Assembly (NCBI GenBank): GCA_977020255.1
Contig: CDROCS010000506.1
Coordinates: forward strand, 3,596,001 to 3,660,000
Source of the DNA: Obrimoposthia wandeli
Taxonomy: Eukaryota
Direction: 5' to 3'
Length of the DNA: 64,000 nt
Part shown: in pieces, positions 21,497 through 31,618 of the stretch
Layout of the letters: each line of letters opens with the position of its first letter
Position numbering within the stretch: the stretch's first letter is position 1
Notes under the pieces: generated by a model
Seen by the model: the letters and a program-made list of their open reading frames with translations, nothing else
Databases searched by the model: none
What the model was told of the DNA's origin: nothing
Translations under genes and position numbers: made by a program

Positions 21497-21530
21497 AAAC
21501 CGCGCACTGTAAAGTGTGCGGTTTTTTTTT
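21497..21530 (+). terminator. Intrinsic terminator of the porin gene
   Basis: AAACCGCGCACT-GTAA-AGTGTGCGGTTT plus long T-run. Confidence 0.9.
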
Positions 21531-21622
21531 AACTGTTGTTTCTCGTTATATCATTCGTTCGTAAACTTTTGATACTATAGTTATTCTTACCCCACTCTTA
21601 TAAAAAAATAATTGGTATTGCT

Positions 21623-23980
21623 ATGCACAAGATTATTCGTTTAAGTGTTTCCAGCCGTTTTGTTACGGCATTATTTATTAGCATGCTGTTGATGCTAAGT
21701 AATATCTCATTAGTGCATGCGAATGATGCCATTTATTTATCATCAGATTATGTAGCCGAAAATAACTTACCAGTCAGCAATGTAGCAGTGCAGGGCACCG
21801 TTGGAGAACCGCTGCCAACGGTTCAACCTCCACGTAACCGTGGTGGACACGAGAATAAAATAACTGATGAAGACCGTAATTGGCGAGTTTTAGGTCGCGA
21901 AAATAGAGGCTTTGGAACTAGCGATAATAAAGATTATCGTTATAAAAATGATGATATGGCGCGTTTCATTTTCTTAATGGATGCGAGAGACCGTAAGAAT
22001 AAAGTATTAGCTAGCTTGGCTTTGTGGCCAGAACACCAAGAAAAATTGATTAATAACCTAACCGATGGCCAAGGTGCTAGTCGTTTATCATCTTTATTTA
22101 CGATTTTTGTATTAATGTTGGTTTGTGGTTTTATTGTAGAGCGTATAGCTAGTGTCAAAATGGACTCTTTTTCTGATGGCGTGGCTAAAGAAAAAGACAC
22201 CAGTTTTAAAGAAAATTTAGATTACGTATTAATGCGTGGCTTTTTTCAATATGTCGGCATTGCTATTTTTGCTTTAACAGCCGCGCTGATTGCCATTTAC
22301 AATTACGTCGAAACAGACCCATTTAGATTACTTAGCCTACATGCTTTAGGTTTAGTGGTAAAAATACGCTCGTTTCAAGTTGTACTAAGACTAATCTTTG
22401 CACCTTATGCTCGCGGTAATCGACTATTTAAAATTGATTGTAAATCAGCAAGTCGCTTGTATTGGTCAAGTCTTGGCTTTATGGCTGTTTATCTTACGAT
22501 TACAACGTTTTGGCGTATCTTAGTGGTGTTCTCATTAGATCCGATTCTATTTGCTTTGATTATCCCTTCTACTGGTATGATCATGAATATACTATCCATT
22601 GCTTTCATTTGGTTTAATCGCAGAACGATTGAAGCGATGTTTGCAAGCGGTAAGCAAACGAGTTCTGCCTTTACGCGATTCTTACGCCAAACATGGGCTA
22701 GCGTATTCACCATCTGGTTATTTATGGCTTGGGTATTCTGGGCTATGTATGAGTTTCTGGGCTACTACGAACAAGCAGATAACTTTACACCGATTTGGTG
22801 GTTGACGTTTGTTTACCCAATATTAGACCGCTTTATTTTTGTGTCGCTTGGCCAGCTTAAACGTATATCTTGGTTGCAGAGTCACTCGTTTGAACAGCGT
22901 TGTGATAAGTTTATTAATCGCGTGATTATAGCGCTGCGCGTTATCTTTGCGGCGGTTATCTTTTATCATATTGATGCTAGTTTTGATCATAATGCTTGGG
23001 CAAAGTTAGCCAATAGCTTTGGTAGCTTTATCCAAATGTTTGTGGATATCATTATCGTTATTATTGTCGCTTATGCTATCTGGGAAGTGATTCAATCTGC
23101 GATAGAACGCCATTTACCAGCTGATATTGATGATGGCGGCACATCGACACTTGAGGGTGAAGGCGGCGGCGGTGGTGCTTCTCGTTCTGAAACCTTATTG
23201 CCATTGGTGCGTTCATTTTTAATGGTATTCTTATTTTCTAGTGTGCTATTAATGATCTTAAGCATTGTCGGTGTTGAAATTGCGCCACTGTTAGCTGGTG
23301 CTGGTATCGTCGGTATTGCGGTCGGTTTTGGTGCGCAGAAACTGGTTCAAGATGTTATTTCAGGTATTTTCTTTTTACTTGATGATGCATTCCGTCGTGG
23401 TGAGTACATCGAAGCTGCAGGGTTACGTGGTACGGTTGAGCGTATTTCGATTCGTTCAATTACCTTACGTCATCATCTTGGTGCGATACAAACAATTCCT
23501 TTTGGTGAGATGGCTACCGTGCGTAACTTATCTCGAGATTGGATCACCAAAAAATTGGAATTCAGATTAGATTATCGCACCGACGTTGAGAAAGTGCGCA
23601 AGCTGATCAAGAAGGTCGGCCAAAAAATGTTATTGCATCCTGAATATGGACAGCATTTCTTATTACCACTAAAGTCACAAGGTGTGACGAGGGTTGAAGA
23701 GTCTGCGCTTATTTTCCGTATGAAGTTTACCTGTGTACCTGGTGAGCAATGGGTTATTCGCCGCGAAGCATTTAGACTAGTACAAGAATCATTAAAAGAT
23801 AATGGTATTGAGTTCGCGCATCGTTCTGTCCATGTATTAACCCAGCATGATGGTAAAGAAGACATTCAGAACAGTATTGAGCAAAATGCGGAGATGGCTG
23901 AAAAAATTGGCGCTGCAGCAGCATTAAGTGTGTCTGCGGATATTAAAAAGAACGATAGAATAGATTCGGATTATAACTAA
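21623..23980 (+). CDS. Large MscS-family mechanosensitive channel
   Basis: LLAGAGIVGIAVGFGAQKLVQDVISG, DAFRRGEYI, GTVERISIRS, IPFGEM; about 500-aa multi-TM N-terminal extension. Confidence 0.92.
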   Translation: MHKIIRLSVSSRFVTALFISMLLMLSNISLVHANDAIYLSSDYVAENNLPVSNVAVQGTVGEPLPTVQPPRNRGGHENKITDEDRNWRVLGRENRGFGTSDNKDYRYKNDDMARFIFLMDARDRKNKVLASLALWPEHQEKLINNLTDGQGASRLSSLFTIFVLMLVCGFIVERIASVKMDSFSDGVAKEKDTSFKENLDYVLMRGFFQYVGIAIFALTAALIAIYNYVETDPFRLLSLHALGLVVKIRSFQVVLRLIFAPYARGNRLFKIDCKSASRLYWSSLGFMAVYLTITTFWRILVVFSLDPILFALIIPSTGMIMNILSIAFIWFNRRTIEAMFASGKQTSSAFTRFLRQTWASVFTIWLFMAWVFWAMYEFLGYYEQADNFTPIWWLTFVYPILDRFIFVSLGQLKRISWLQSHSFEQRCDKFINRVIIALRVIFAAVIFYHIDASFDHNAWAKLANSFGSFIQMFVDIIIVIIVAYAIWEVIQSAIERHLPADIDDGGTSTLEGEGGGGGASRSETLLPLVRSFLMVFLFSSVLLMILSIVGVEIAPLLAGAGIVGIAVGFGAQKLVQDVISGIFFLLDDAFRRGEYIEAAGLRGTVERISIRSITLRHHLGAIQTIPFGEMATVRNLSRDWITKKLEFRLDYRTDVEKVRKLIKKVGQKMLLHPEYGQHFLLPLKSQGVTRVEESALIFRMKFTCVPGEQWVIRREAFRLVQESLKDNGIEFAHRSVHVLTQHDGKEDIQNSIEQNAEMAEKIGAAAALSVSADIKKNDRIDSDYN

Positions 23981-24097
23981 TTCGCAGTATATTTTTAATA
24001 TTATGAATGGGTTGTTAAGTGAGCAGTACGCTATCTTGGACTGTTTTTTTTTGATAACCTGATCTGTCTTAGTTGTATTTAGTTAAAGAGAGTTCAA

Positions 24098-25279
24098 GTG
24101 CGCAGTAAATTAAATAATAGCCGTCTGCTTATCTACAGTCATGACTCTTTCGGTCTTGGGCATTTGCGTCGCTGTAGAACTATCGCGCATGAGCTTGTTG
24201 ACCGATACAAGGGCTTGTCTGTGCTTATAATTACAGGCTCGCCGATTATTGGCCGTTTTGATTTTAAAGCCCGTGTTGATTTCATTCGTATACCTGGTGT
24301 GATTAAGTTGCATAACGGTGAATACACTTCACTCGGTTTACTTATTGATCTTGCTGATACCCTGGCATTACGTGAAGCTATTATTCTTAATACCTCAAAA
24401 GTATTTAAGCCAGATATTTTTCTTGTAGATAAAGAACCGGGTGGCTTAAAAGATGAAGTCATTAGCACCTTAGAATATTTTAAAGACACAGATACCAAGT
24501 GTATCCTCGGCTTACGTGATGTGATGGATTCACCTGAGTTATTGAAGAAAGAATGGCAGAAAAAAAACGTGATGCCGTTACTCGAGAATCTTTACGATGA
24601 ACTTTGGGTTTATGGCCCCGCTGAAGTATCGAACCCATTAAAAGGCTTGGACATCAAACAAGTTGTTATAGATAAAACTTTGTTTGGTGGTTATTTACCT
24701 CGGCAGTTACCACAAAAAATCGATACTGATTCTATCAATTTCCCCGAACGCCCTTATATTTTGGTTACCCCTGGTGGTGGCGGTGATGGTATCGAGATGA
24801 TTGACTGGGTGCTTCGTGCATATGAAAGTGATCAATCCTTGATGCCAGCGTTGTTTGTACTTGGGCCTTTCATGCCAGCTACTGAACGCAATGAATTTTT
24901 GCGCAGAGCTGAAGTACTTCCTCATGTTGATGCGCTTACATTTAGTAATCACCTTGAGCATTTAATGTTTGAGGCTGAAGCCGTGATCGCAATGGGCGGG
25001 TACAATACATTTTGTGAGATCTTATCGTTTGATAAACCGGCAATGATACTGCCGCGTACACAACCACGTGAAGAACAGCTTATTCGAGCGCGTAATGCGG
25101 CGTCGATAGGGCTATTATCTATGCTTGATTTAGAGTCAGAACGTACAACAGAAGTGATGGTTGACGGTATTTTTAAATTATTACAGCAGGACAAGCCGAG
25201 TAAACATAAACTCGATAAATTACTCAACGGTTTAGACTTTGTCGCTGACCGATTTGGCGAGCTTGTATCAAAAGAGTAG
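24098..25279 (+). CDS. GT-B glycosyltransferase (COG4671-like, MurG/GT28-like C-terminus)
   Basis: SHDSFGLGHLRR, VTPGGGGDG, AMGGYNT, PRTQPREEQLIRA. Confidence 0.85.
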   Translation: MRSKLNNSRLLIYSHDSFGLGHLRRCRTIAHELVDRYKGLSVLIITGSPIIGRFDFKARVDFIRIPGVIKLHNGEYTSLGLLIDLADTLALREAIILNTSKVFKPDIFLVDKEPGGLKDEVISTLEYFKDTDTKCILGLRDVMDSPELLKKEWQKKNVMPLLENLYDELWVYGPAEVSNPLKGLDIKQVVIDKTLFGGYLPRQLPQKIDTDSINFPERPYILVTPGGGGDGIEMIDWVLRAYESDQSLMPALFVLGPFMPATERNEFLRRAEVLPHVDALTFSNHLEHLMFEAEAVIAMGGYNTFCEILSFDKPAMILPRTQPREEQLIRARNAASIGLLSMLDLESERTTEVMVDGIFKLLQQDKPSKHKLDKLLNGLDFVADRFGELVSKE

Positions 25280-25354
25280 TATCAAAGTACGATTATTGAA
25301 GTAATAGTATCGAAGTAATCGTATTAAAGTAATACTATCAAAATAATAGCATCG
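25271..25354. repeat. Six degenerate 14-bp tandem units (consensus AAGTAATAGTATCR)
   Basis: aaagagtagtatca/aagtacgattattg/aagtaatagtatcg/aagtaatcgtatta/aagtaatactatca/aaataatagcatcg. Confidence 0.8.
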
Positions 25355-25387
25355 CATTTTTAAATTTATTTTTCGCAAGGACCAGAT

Positions 25388-26551
25388 ATGTCAGCACCGC
25401 GTATTATGTATTATGTGCAATATTTATTAGGTATTGGTCACGTTCGCAGGTCATCTCTTATTGTGCAAGCGCTCTGTGAGCAAGGCGCTCAGGTTGATGT
25501 TATTTTTGGTGGCATGCCTGTGCCGAGTATGTCTTTTGGTAATGCGACTATGCACCAGTTAATGGCTGTAAAGAGTGCTGATTCCGGTTTTAGTGGCTTA
25601 GCTAAAGCAGATGGTACACCAGTCAGTGATGAGGACAAAAAACAGCGTACGCAGGCTTTATTAGCGCTTTGTGAAAAACTCCAACCAGATTTGATTGTTA
25701 CTGAAACATATCCATTCGGGCGCAGACAAATGCGTTTTGAGTTATTGCCCCTATTGGATTGGGCGAAATCCCAGGATAAGCCACCAGTGCTTGTTTCGTC
25801 TATTCGCGATATTTTACAGCGACGTTCAACGATCAGAGAACAAGAGTACGTGAGCCTCGTTAAAACCTATTACCAACACGTATTGGTACATGGTGATGAA
25901 GATTTTTATCCATTAGAAAGAAGTTTCCCTGTTGCCGATATGATTGCAGATAAAATTAGTTATTCTGGCTATGTGTGCCCGACATTAACTAGTCAATCTC
26001 ACTCGCCTAAAACAAGAGACACGATAGTGGTATCTGTAGGCGGCGGTAGTATCGGTAAAGATATTTTAGTTGCGGTGATGGCGCTGTATAACAGTGGATT
26101 TGCGGCGGATAAAAAGTGGTTGCTGATTACTGGGCCAAACATGGATCGCGCTGATAAAACCTATTTCCAAGCACAACAGCAGTCAAATTTACAGGTTGTC
26201 GATCTTGCTGATGACTTTTTAAGTGAGCTAAGTAATGCTTACGTATCAATTTCAAGAGCCGGTTATAACACTGTGATGGATTTATTGTTAACAGGTGTTC
26301 CGGCTGTCGTGATCCCGTTTGAAGGGGAGGGCGAGACAGAGCAGTTAGCGCGAAGTGAAGTATTAGCTGAAGCGAAAGTACTGCAGTTCGTCAAGAATGA
26401 TGAGTTGAGTGTCGACACATTAAAAGCGGCGATTAACAATGCATTAAATAGCGCGGCTGAAACAGTTAATATAGACAATCAAGGTGCACCTCAAAGCGCT
26501 AAATTGTTGATTGAGTGGGCTGTTAGTAAAGGCGACACGGCGAGACATTAG
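25388..26551 (+). CDS. GT-B glycosyltransferase (COG4671-like, paralog of the upstream gene)
   Basis: QYLLGIGHVRR, ETYPFGRR, VSVGGG, SRAGYNT, ETEQLARS. Confidence 0.85.
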   Translation: MSAPRIMYYVQYLLGIGHVRRSSLIVQALCEQGAQVDVIFGGMPVPSMSFGNATMHQLMAVKSADSGFSGLAKADGTPVSDEDKKQRTQALLALCEKLQPDLIVTETYPFGRRQMRFELLPLLDWAKSQDKPPVLVSSIRDILQRRSTIREQEYVSLVKTYYQHVLVHGDEDFYPLERSFPVADMIADKISYSGYVCPTLTSQSHSPKTRDTIVVSVGGGSIGKDILVAVMALYNSGFAADKKWLLITGPNMDRADKTYFQAQQQSNLQVVDLADDFLSELSNAYVSISRAGYNTVMDLLLTGVPAVVIPFEGEGETEQLARSEVLAEAKVLQFVKNDELSVDTLKAAINNALNSAAETVNIDNQGAPQSAKLLIEWAVSKGDTARH

Positions 26552-26665
26552 TCTGCTTAGTCGCTGGCTAATAAGTGCAAAATAAACGCGCAATGTGTTA
26601 TTCCTTCCGACATTGCAGCGTATCTCTTGTGAATATTTTAATTATAAAGTTTAAGGTAGTCTGTC

Positions 26666-27895
26666 GTGAAGAAAATTGCATTAGTACTTAAAGGCTATCC
26701 ACGCCTATCAGAAACCTTTATTGCGCAAGAAATTCGTGCGCTAGAATTACGCGGTTTCGATATTACCTTAGTTTCGTTACGTCATCCTACTGACACCAGT
26801 ACGCACCCGATCCATCAACAAATTGAAGCTGACGTCCTGTATTTACCGGAGTATTTACATGATGAACCATTACGGGTTTTAAAAGCATTTTGGAAGTTGG
26901 GGACTCAATTCTCACTGGTTAACGTATTTAAGCAATTTTTCCGTGATTTAAAACGTGATACTAGCCGTGGCCGTGTTCGTCGCTTTGGTCAAAGCCTAGT
27001 ATTAGCCGCAGAAATGCCAGAGGGTGTTGAACAAATGTATGCACACTTTCTGCATACACCTGCGTCAGTAACGCGTTATGCGGCACTGGTAAATGGCTTA
27101 CCTTGGTCTTGTTCTGCACACGCCAAAGATATTTGGACAACTGAGCAATGGGACTTATCAGAAAAACTTGCAGAGTTAGAATGGTTATCGACTTGTACAG
27201 CCGCTAATCACGAATACTTACAATCCCTCGCTAAAGACCCAAGCAAGGTACATTTGGTTTATCACGGTTTAGACTTCACTCGCTTTCAACATGTGGACCG
27301 CGTTTCCCGTGCCGATGTGAATGGCAGCTCAGCTGATAATCCGGTAAAAATTATCAGTGTTGGCCGCGCGGTACCGAAGAAAGGCTATGATGACTTATTG
27401 AATGCGTTGGCTAAACTACCAAAAGATTTACATTGGCAATTAACCCATATTGGCGGTGGCGGTATTTTAAAAGCGTTACGCCAGCAGGCTAAAGAACTTG
27501 GTATTGAACAGCACATTGAATGGCAAGGCGCACAACCACAATTAACTGTACTTGAAGCTTATCGTGAAAGTGATTTATTTGTACTAGCAAGTAAGATTGT
27601 TGCCGATGGTGACAGAGATGGTATGCCGAATGTGTTGATGGAAGCGCAGAGCCAGTCGGTATGCTGTTTGGCGACAGATATCTCAGGTATTCCTGAACTT
27701 ATCGACAGTGGCGAAAATGGTGTCTTGGTTGAATCTAATAATGTTGACCAGTTAACGGCCGCATTAGATGATTTATTACGACACGGTGAGAGACGTGAAC
27801 GTCTCGGTGCTGAAGGCCTGAAACAACTGCATCAACGTTTTGATGTCAAGATCGGCATCGATCAGTTAGAAAAGCTGTTTGATGATCGTGGCTAA
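26666..27895 (+). CDS. Family 4 glycosyltransferase
   Basis: LKGYPRLSETFI, SAHAKDIW, VGRAVPKKG, DRDGMPNVLMEA, ISGIPELI. Confidence 0.9.
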   Translation: MKKIALVLKGYPRLSETFIAQEIRALELRGFDITLVSLRHPTDTSTHPIHQQIEADVLYLPEYLHDEPLRVLKAFWKLGTQFSLVNVFKQFFRDLKRDTSRGRVRRFGQSLVLAAEMPEGVEQMYAHFLHTPASVTRYAALVNGLPWSCSAHAKDIWTTEQWDLSEKLAELEWLSTCTAANHEYLQSLAKDPSKVHLVYHGLDFTRFQHVDRVSRADVNGSSADNPVKIISVGRAVPKKGYDDLLNALAKLPKDLHWQLTHIGGGGILKALRQQAKELGIEQHIEWQGAQPQLTVLEAYRESDLFVLASKIVADGDRDGMPNVLMEAQSQSVCCLATDISGIPELIDSGENGVLVESNNVDQLTAALDDLLRHGERRERLGAEGLKQLHQRFDVKIGIDQLEKLFDDRG

Positions 27896-29165
27896 TACAG
27901 CTGCTAGGGCAGGTCTTAATAGAAACGTAAAAACAGGCGTTGCATTTTATGCGCCGCTTAAATCACCCTCACACCCAAATCCATCAGGTGATCGCAAGAT
28001 CGCCCGATTATTTATTCGAGCACTAGAGCAAGCTGGTTATCATGTTGAGCTGGCCAGTCAATTACGTTCTTTTGATAAAGCGGGCGATGTACTGCGTCAG
28101 CAGCGACTCATTGACCTAGCCAAAAAAGAAGCGCGCAGGATCATGCGACGTTGGCAACAGCAAGGCTTTACGCCACAGGCTTGGTTTACCTATCACTTAT
28201 ATTACAAAGCGCCAGATCTCATTGGCCCAATCATCTGTCAAACTCTGAATATACCTTACATAGTTGCTGAAGCATCATGGGCTGAAAAACGCGCTGATGG
28301 TCCTTGGGCTTTGTATCACTTACAAGTGGCTCTGGGGTTAAAACTGGCGAGTAAAGTCGTGTGTATAAATCCAAGGGATAAAATTGCGCTGGCTGACTTC
28401 TACGGCGATAGGTCTCCTTCTCGGCTTGTTACGCTCAAAGCTTTTATTGATGACTTGCCTACTAGTTATAGTGACTCGCTTATCCACCACTGTGGTATTA
28501 ACCACAACAATGCTACAACTAATGTAGTTGCGACGAATAAGATCGTGAATGACGGTTTAACGAGGCAAGATTTAGCTGATGCATACGGGTTAGATATTAA
28601 CTTACCTTGGCTTATCACTATCGCGATGATGCGCTGTGGTGATAAACATAGCTCATATCAGCAACTCAGTTCAGTGGTTGATTTGTTACAACAGCCTTAT
28701 CAACTATTGATTATTGGTGAAGGCGTCATGCAAACTGAAGTGCAGGCTCTTTTCACACAACATAAACAAGTTAAATTTGCAGGATCTGTTGAAAATAGCC
28801 AAATAAGGCTGTTATTACCACATTTTGAATTACTGGTGTGGCCAGCGATAAATGAAGCCCTTGGCATGATCTTTCTAGAAGCTCAGCAAGCGGGCGTAGC
28901 CGTTGTTGCTGGCGATCAGGGGGGCGTGAGTTCAATTGTAAGTAATAATGTCACAGGTATCCTCGTTGATGCATATAACGCGGATGCTTTGTCATTAGCA
29001 GTTGATAATTTACTTACTGATCCAGGAAAGTTAAATGCGATGAAACAAGCCGCGATTGAATATGTTGCTTTACATCATTCTATCGATGCTAGTGCGTTAC
29101 AGCTTAAACTGGTGATTGAGGGAGCTATTGAGAGTGTAGACCTAAAGGATAAAACACAATCATGA
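27879..29165 (+). CDS. Family 4 glycosyltransferase
   Basis: PSGDRKIARL, YHLYYKAPD, NEALGMIFLEAQ (EX7E); overlaps the upstream gene. Confidence 0.88.
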   Translation: MMIVANTAARAGLNRNVKTGVAFYAPLKSPSHPNPSGDRKIARLFIRALEQAGYHVELASQLRSFDKAGDVLRQQRLIDLAKKEARRIMRRWQQQGFTPQAWFTYHLYYKAPDLIGPIICQTLNIPYIVAEASWAEKRADGPWALYHLQVALGLKLASKVVCINPRDKIALADFYGDRSPSRLVTLKAFIDDLPTSYSDSLIHHCGINHNNATTNVVATNKIVNDGLTRQDLADAYGLDINLPWLITIAMMRCGDKHSSYQQLSSVVDLLQQPYQLLIIGEGVMQTEVQALFTQHKQVKFAGSVENSQIRLLLPHFELLVWPAINEALGMIFLEAQQAGVAVVAGDQGGVSSIVSNNVTGILVDAYNADALSLAVDNLLTDPGKLNAMKQAAIEYVALHHSIDASALQLKLVIEGAIESVDLKDKTQS

Positions 29166-29743
29166 TCCACGTTTATTTTATCCGCCATGGTCAAACGCAA
29201 TGGAATGTTGAAAAACGTTTGCAAGGTCGTACTGATATTCCGTTAAATGAAGCTGGTAGATTGCAAATAGCTGCTTACCAATTACCTGAGTCTTTACTGT
29301 CTATAGCTTGGTTCACGAGTCCGTTATTAAGAGCTCAACAAACCGCTGAATTACTTGGCGTTGATGCCGATACTGAAATCGCGTTGATCGAAATGAGTTG
29401 GGGTGATTGGGAAGGAAAAACATTAGCTCAATTAAGACAGCAAGATCCAGTTTATGTTGCTGAGGTGGAATCGTTGGGGTTAGATTTACGGCCTGTCGGG
29501 GGCGAGTCCCCTCGTTTAGTTGCAAAGCGGGTTAGTGATTGGGTTGAAAATTTGGATATGGGCAGTGTAGAGCAGCGAATTGGCTGTGTTAGTCATAAAG
29601 GTATTATCCGTGCTATTTATGCCAGTGCTACGAATTGGGATATGTTAGGTAAACCACCGCATAAACTCGATTTCCATTGTGCCCAGCACTTTTGTTTTGA
29701 TCGCGGATGTTGGTCTATTGGCGAACTTAATATCCAGTTATAA
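29162..29743 (+). CDS. Histidine phosphatase (PGM family)
   Basis: FIRHGQTQWN, LQGRTDIPL, TSPLLRAQQT, EMSWGDWEG, VSHKG; ATGA overlap with the last GT. Confidence 0.93.
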   Translation: MIHVYFIRHGQTQWNVEKRLQGRTDIPLNEAGRLQIAAYQLPESLLSIAWFTSPLLRAQQTAELLGVDADTEIALIEMSWGDWEGKTLAQLRQQDPVYVAEVESLGLDLRPVGGESPRLVAKRVSDWVENLDMGSVEQRIGCVSHKGIIRAIYASATNWDMLGKPPHKLDFHCAQHFCFDRGCWSIGELNIQL

Positions 29744-29755
29744 ATGGATATTTTC

Positions 29756-29789
29756 GAATTAGCGCTTACTTTGCAGTAAGCGCCAATTC
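29756..29789. terminator. Terminator between the GT operon and convergent fadL
   Basis: GAATTAGCGCTTACT-TTGC-AGTAAGCGCCAATTC. Confidence 0.7.
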
Positions 29790-29837
29790 GTTATTATTTT
29801 TATGAGTAGTTCGTTATCTTATAAGCTTAAAGCCGTC

Positions 29838-31283
29838 TTAGAAAACTAAATTCATTTGTGCTGAACCAACAATCGCTTCGGCTTTATTGGTAAACGCATA
29901 TGTTAAACCGGTATTACTGTCTGTTTCAGTAAATGACGTTTCTTCACCAACAATGTAAGCAGCGGCTAGGTCAATCGATAATGTTTTACTGATGTTAAAT
30001 GTTAAACCAGCTGTATACCACTGGCGTTCTGAGTCTGGAATACTGATCGTAGTATCACCAGCACTTTCATCTAACGCGTAACCTGCACGTAAGATAACTT
30101 TGTCACCTAAGTAATATGATAGACCTGCTGAATAGCGAATGTTGTCTTCATAGTTGTAAGCCTTTTCGAATAACACTGAATTGTCTTCACTCGCAACACC
30201 TTTGAGGCCTTCAAAGCTGCTCCATTCTGTCCAGACTACACCGTATTGCAGTGCTATATCCCCAAAACGATGGAAACCGCCGAGTTCAGCTATAGCGGGT
30301 AATGATAAATCTAATGAACCAGTACCTGTATTCATTTTTACCCCGTCATCTGATCTTTTTGAATAATCCCCTTCAAAGGTAAGTTCTACTTCTGAGCGGT
30401 AGCTTACGCCTATTTTATGGTTAGCATTGAGATCAAGTAAAACACCAGCATTCCAACCAAACCCAATGTCATCACCTTCTAATGTAAAAGCGGTTTCGCC
30501 ACGAGCCATGCCTGCTAATGGACCGGCTATCTGAGGGTTAGAAACATAGGCCTCAGCAGTTGTATACGGATCTGGAGATGTACTCGCTGCGGTTAAAACA
30601 GTCGTAAGTGCAGTTCCTGCAGCTGCATCTCCTAAATTTCGTTCTAGCTCTGCGCTACCATATACAATTTGAGCACCAACACCTAGACGTAATTTTGAAC
30701 CCACTTTAAATGCTAAGCTTGGGTTAAAATTAAATGTGGTTAATTTTGTTGAGCCACCAAGTAAGCCTGCTGCATAATCTTCAGGGAATTCAGTGTTGGT
30801 ACCGTAGTTCGTGTAACCAGCTAAACCAATGGCGAGTTTGCTACTGACTGGAATGACAGCATAAATTGATGGAATCGTTGAGGTGTTTGCTGAATTTTCA
30901 ACATTGTAACTAGACTTAGTTGGTACAGCGAAGTCATCTTGGATTAGTGAATTTAAAATGGCATAGTTTCCTGCAAGTGGAGAGTTTTCTCCCGTTGTCT
31001 CAACTGTAGGCTCTACATAAGCCCCACCAAATGAAAAGGCGAATTTGTCAAACGATGCCGCTGCTGCGGGGTTGGTTGCTATTACAGCTGCATTATCAGT
31101 GTTAGCTGCAAAACCTGCATTGGCGTTACCCAGTGCCGATGCAGATTGTACATTTACTTGGAATCCAGCTGCAGATACTTGCGCACTGGCAATCATTGTT
31201 GCCGTTACCATTGCGTTAATTACCGCTTTCGATAGGACACTTTTTTTGAATACATTCTGTTTGAACAAATGGTTTTTTTTCAT
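29838..31283 (-). CDS. fadL: FadL/OmpP1 long-chain fatty acid channel, copy 1 (loop insertions)
   Basis: AGFQV hatch start, NPA motif, NFNPS, IPDSERQW, C-terminal F. Confidence 0.9.
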   Translation of the reverse strand: MKKNHLFKQNVFKKSVLSKAVINAMVTATMIASAQVSAAGFQVNVQSASALGNANAGFAANTDNAAVIATNPAAAASFDKFAFSFGGAYVEPTVETTGENSPLAGNYAILNSLIQDDFAVPTKSSYNVENSANTSTIPSIYAVIPVSSKLAIGLAGYTNYGTNTEFPEDYAAGLLGGSTKLTTFNFNPSLAFKVGSKLRLGVGAQIVYGSAELERNLGDAAAGTALTTVLTAASTSPDPYTTAEAYVSNPQIAGPLAGMARGETAFTLEGDDIGFGWNAGVLLDLNANHKIGVSYRSEVELTFEGDYSKRSDDGVKMNTGTGSLDLSLPAIAELGGFHRFGDIALQYGVVWTEWSSFEGLKGVASEDNSVLFEKAYNYEDNIRYSAGLSYYLGDKVILRAGYALDESAGDTTISIPDSERQWYTAGLTFNISKTLSIDLAAAYIVGEETSFTETDSNTGLTYAFTNKAEAIVGSAQMNLVF

Positions 31284-31618
31284 GACTAATCCCTGTCTTA
31301 TATAAATAATGTAGAAGTAAATACATCCATGTTAATTACTGTGTTAGTCGAACGTGTGAACAGGTCGCTACCTGAGTTCGATTTATTACAGGGGCTATTA
31401 TAGGGATTTAGTGAAATGTTTATGTGAGGACCGGAGGCTTGTAATTAGTAACGCTATTCAAATTTGAATGAACGTTTGAAGTTAGTATTTACTATAGGTC
31501 AGTGGCTTAGCCTTAAGTAGTTTATAAGTACTAATACAATCTAATGTGTTTTAGTGATAATAGTATTAACTGTATTTTAAGCCATAATTGATATGAGTTA
31601 ATGCTCTATTTACCTTGG

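Noticed and set aside
31359-31376. FadR site upstream of fadL copy 1 (CAGGT-CGCT-ACCTG)
   Set aside because: Spacer is 4 bp rather than 3 and flanks are poor; too weak to call
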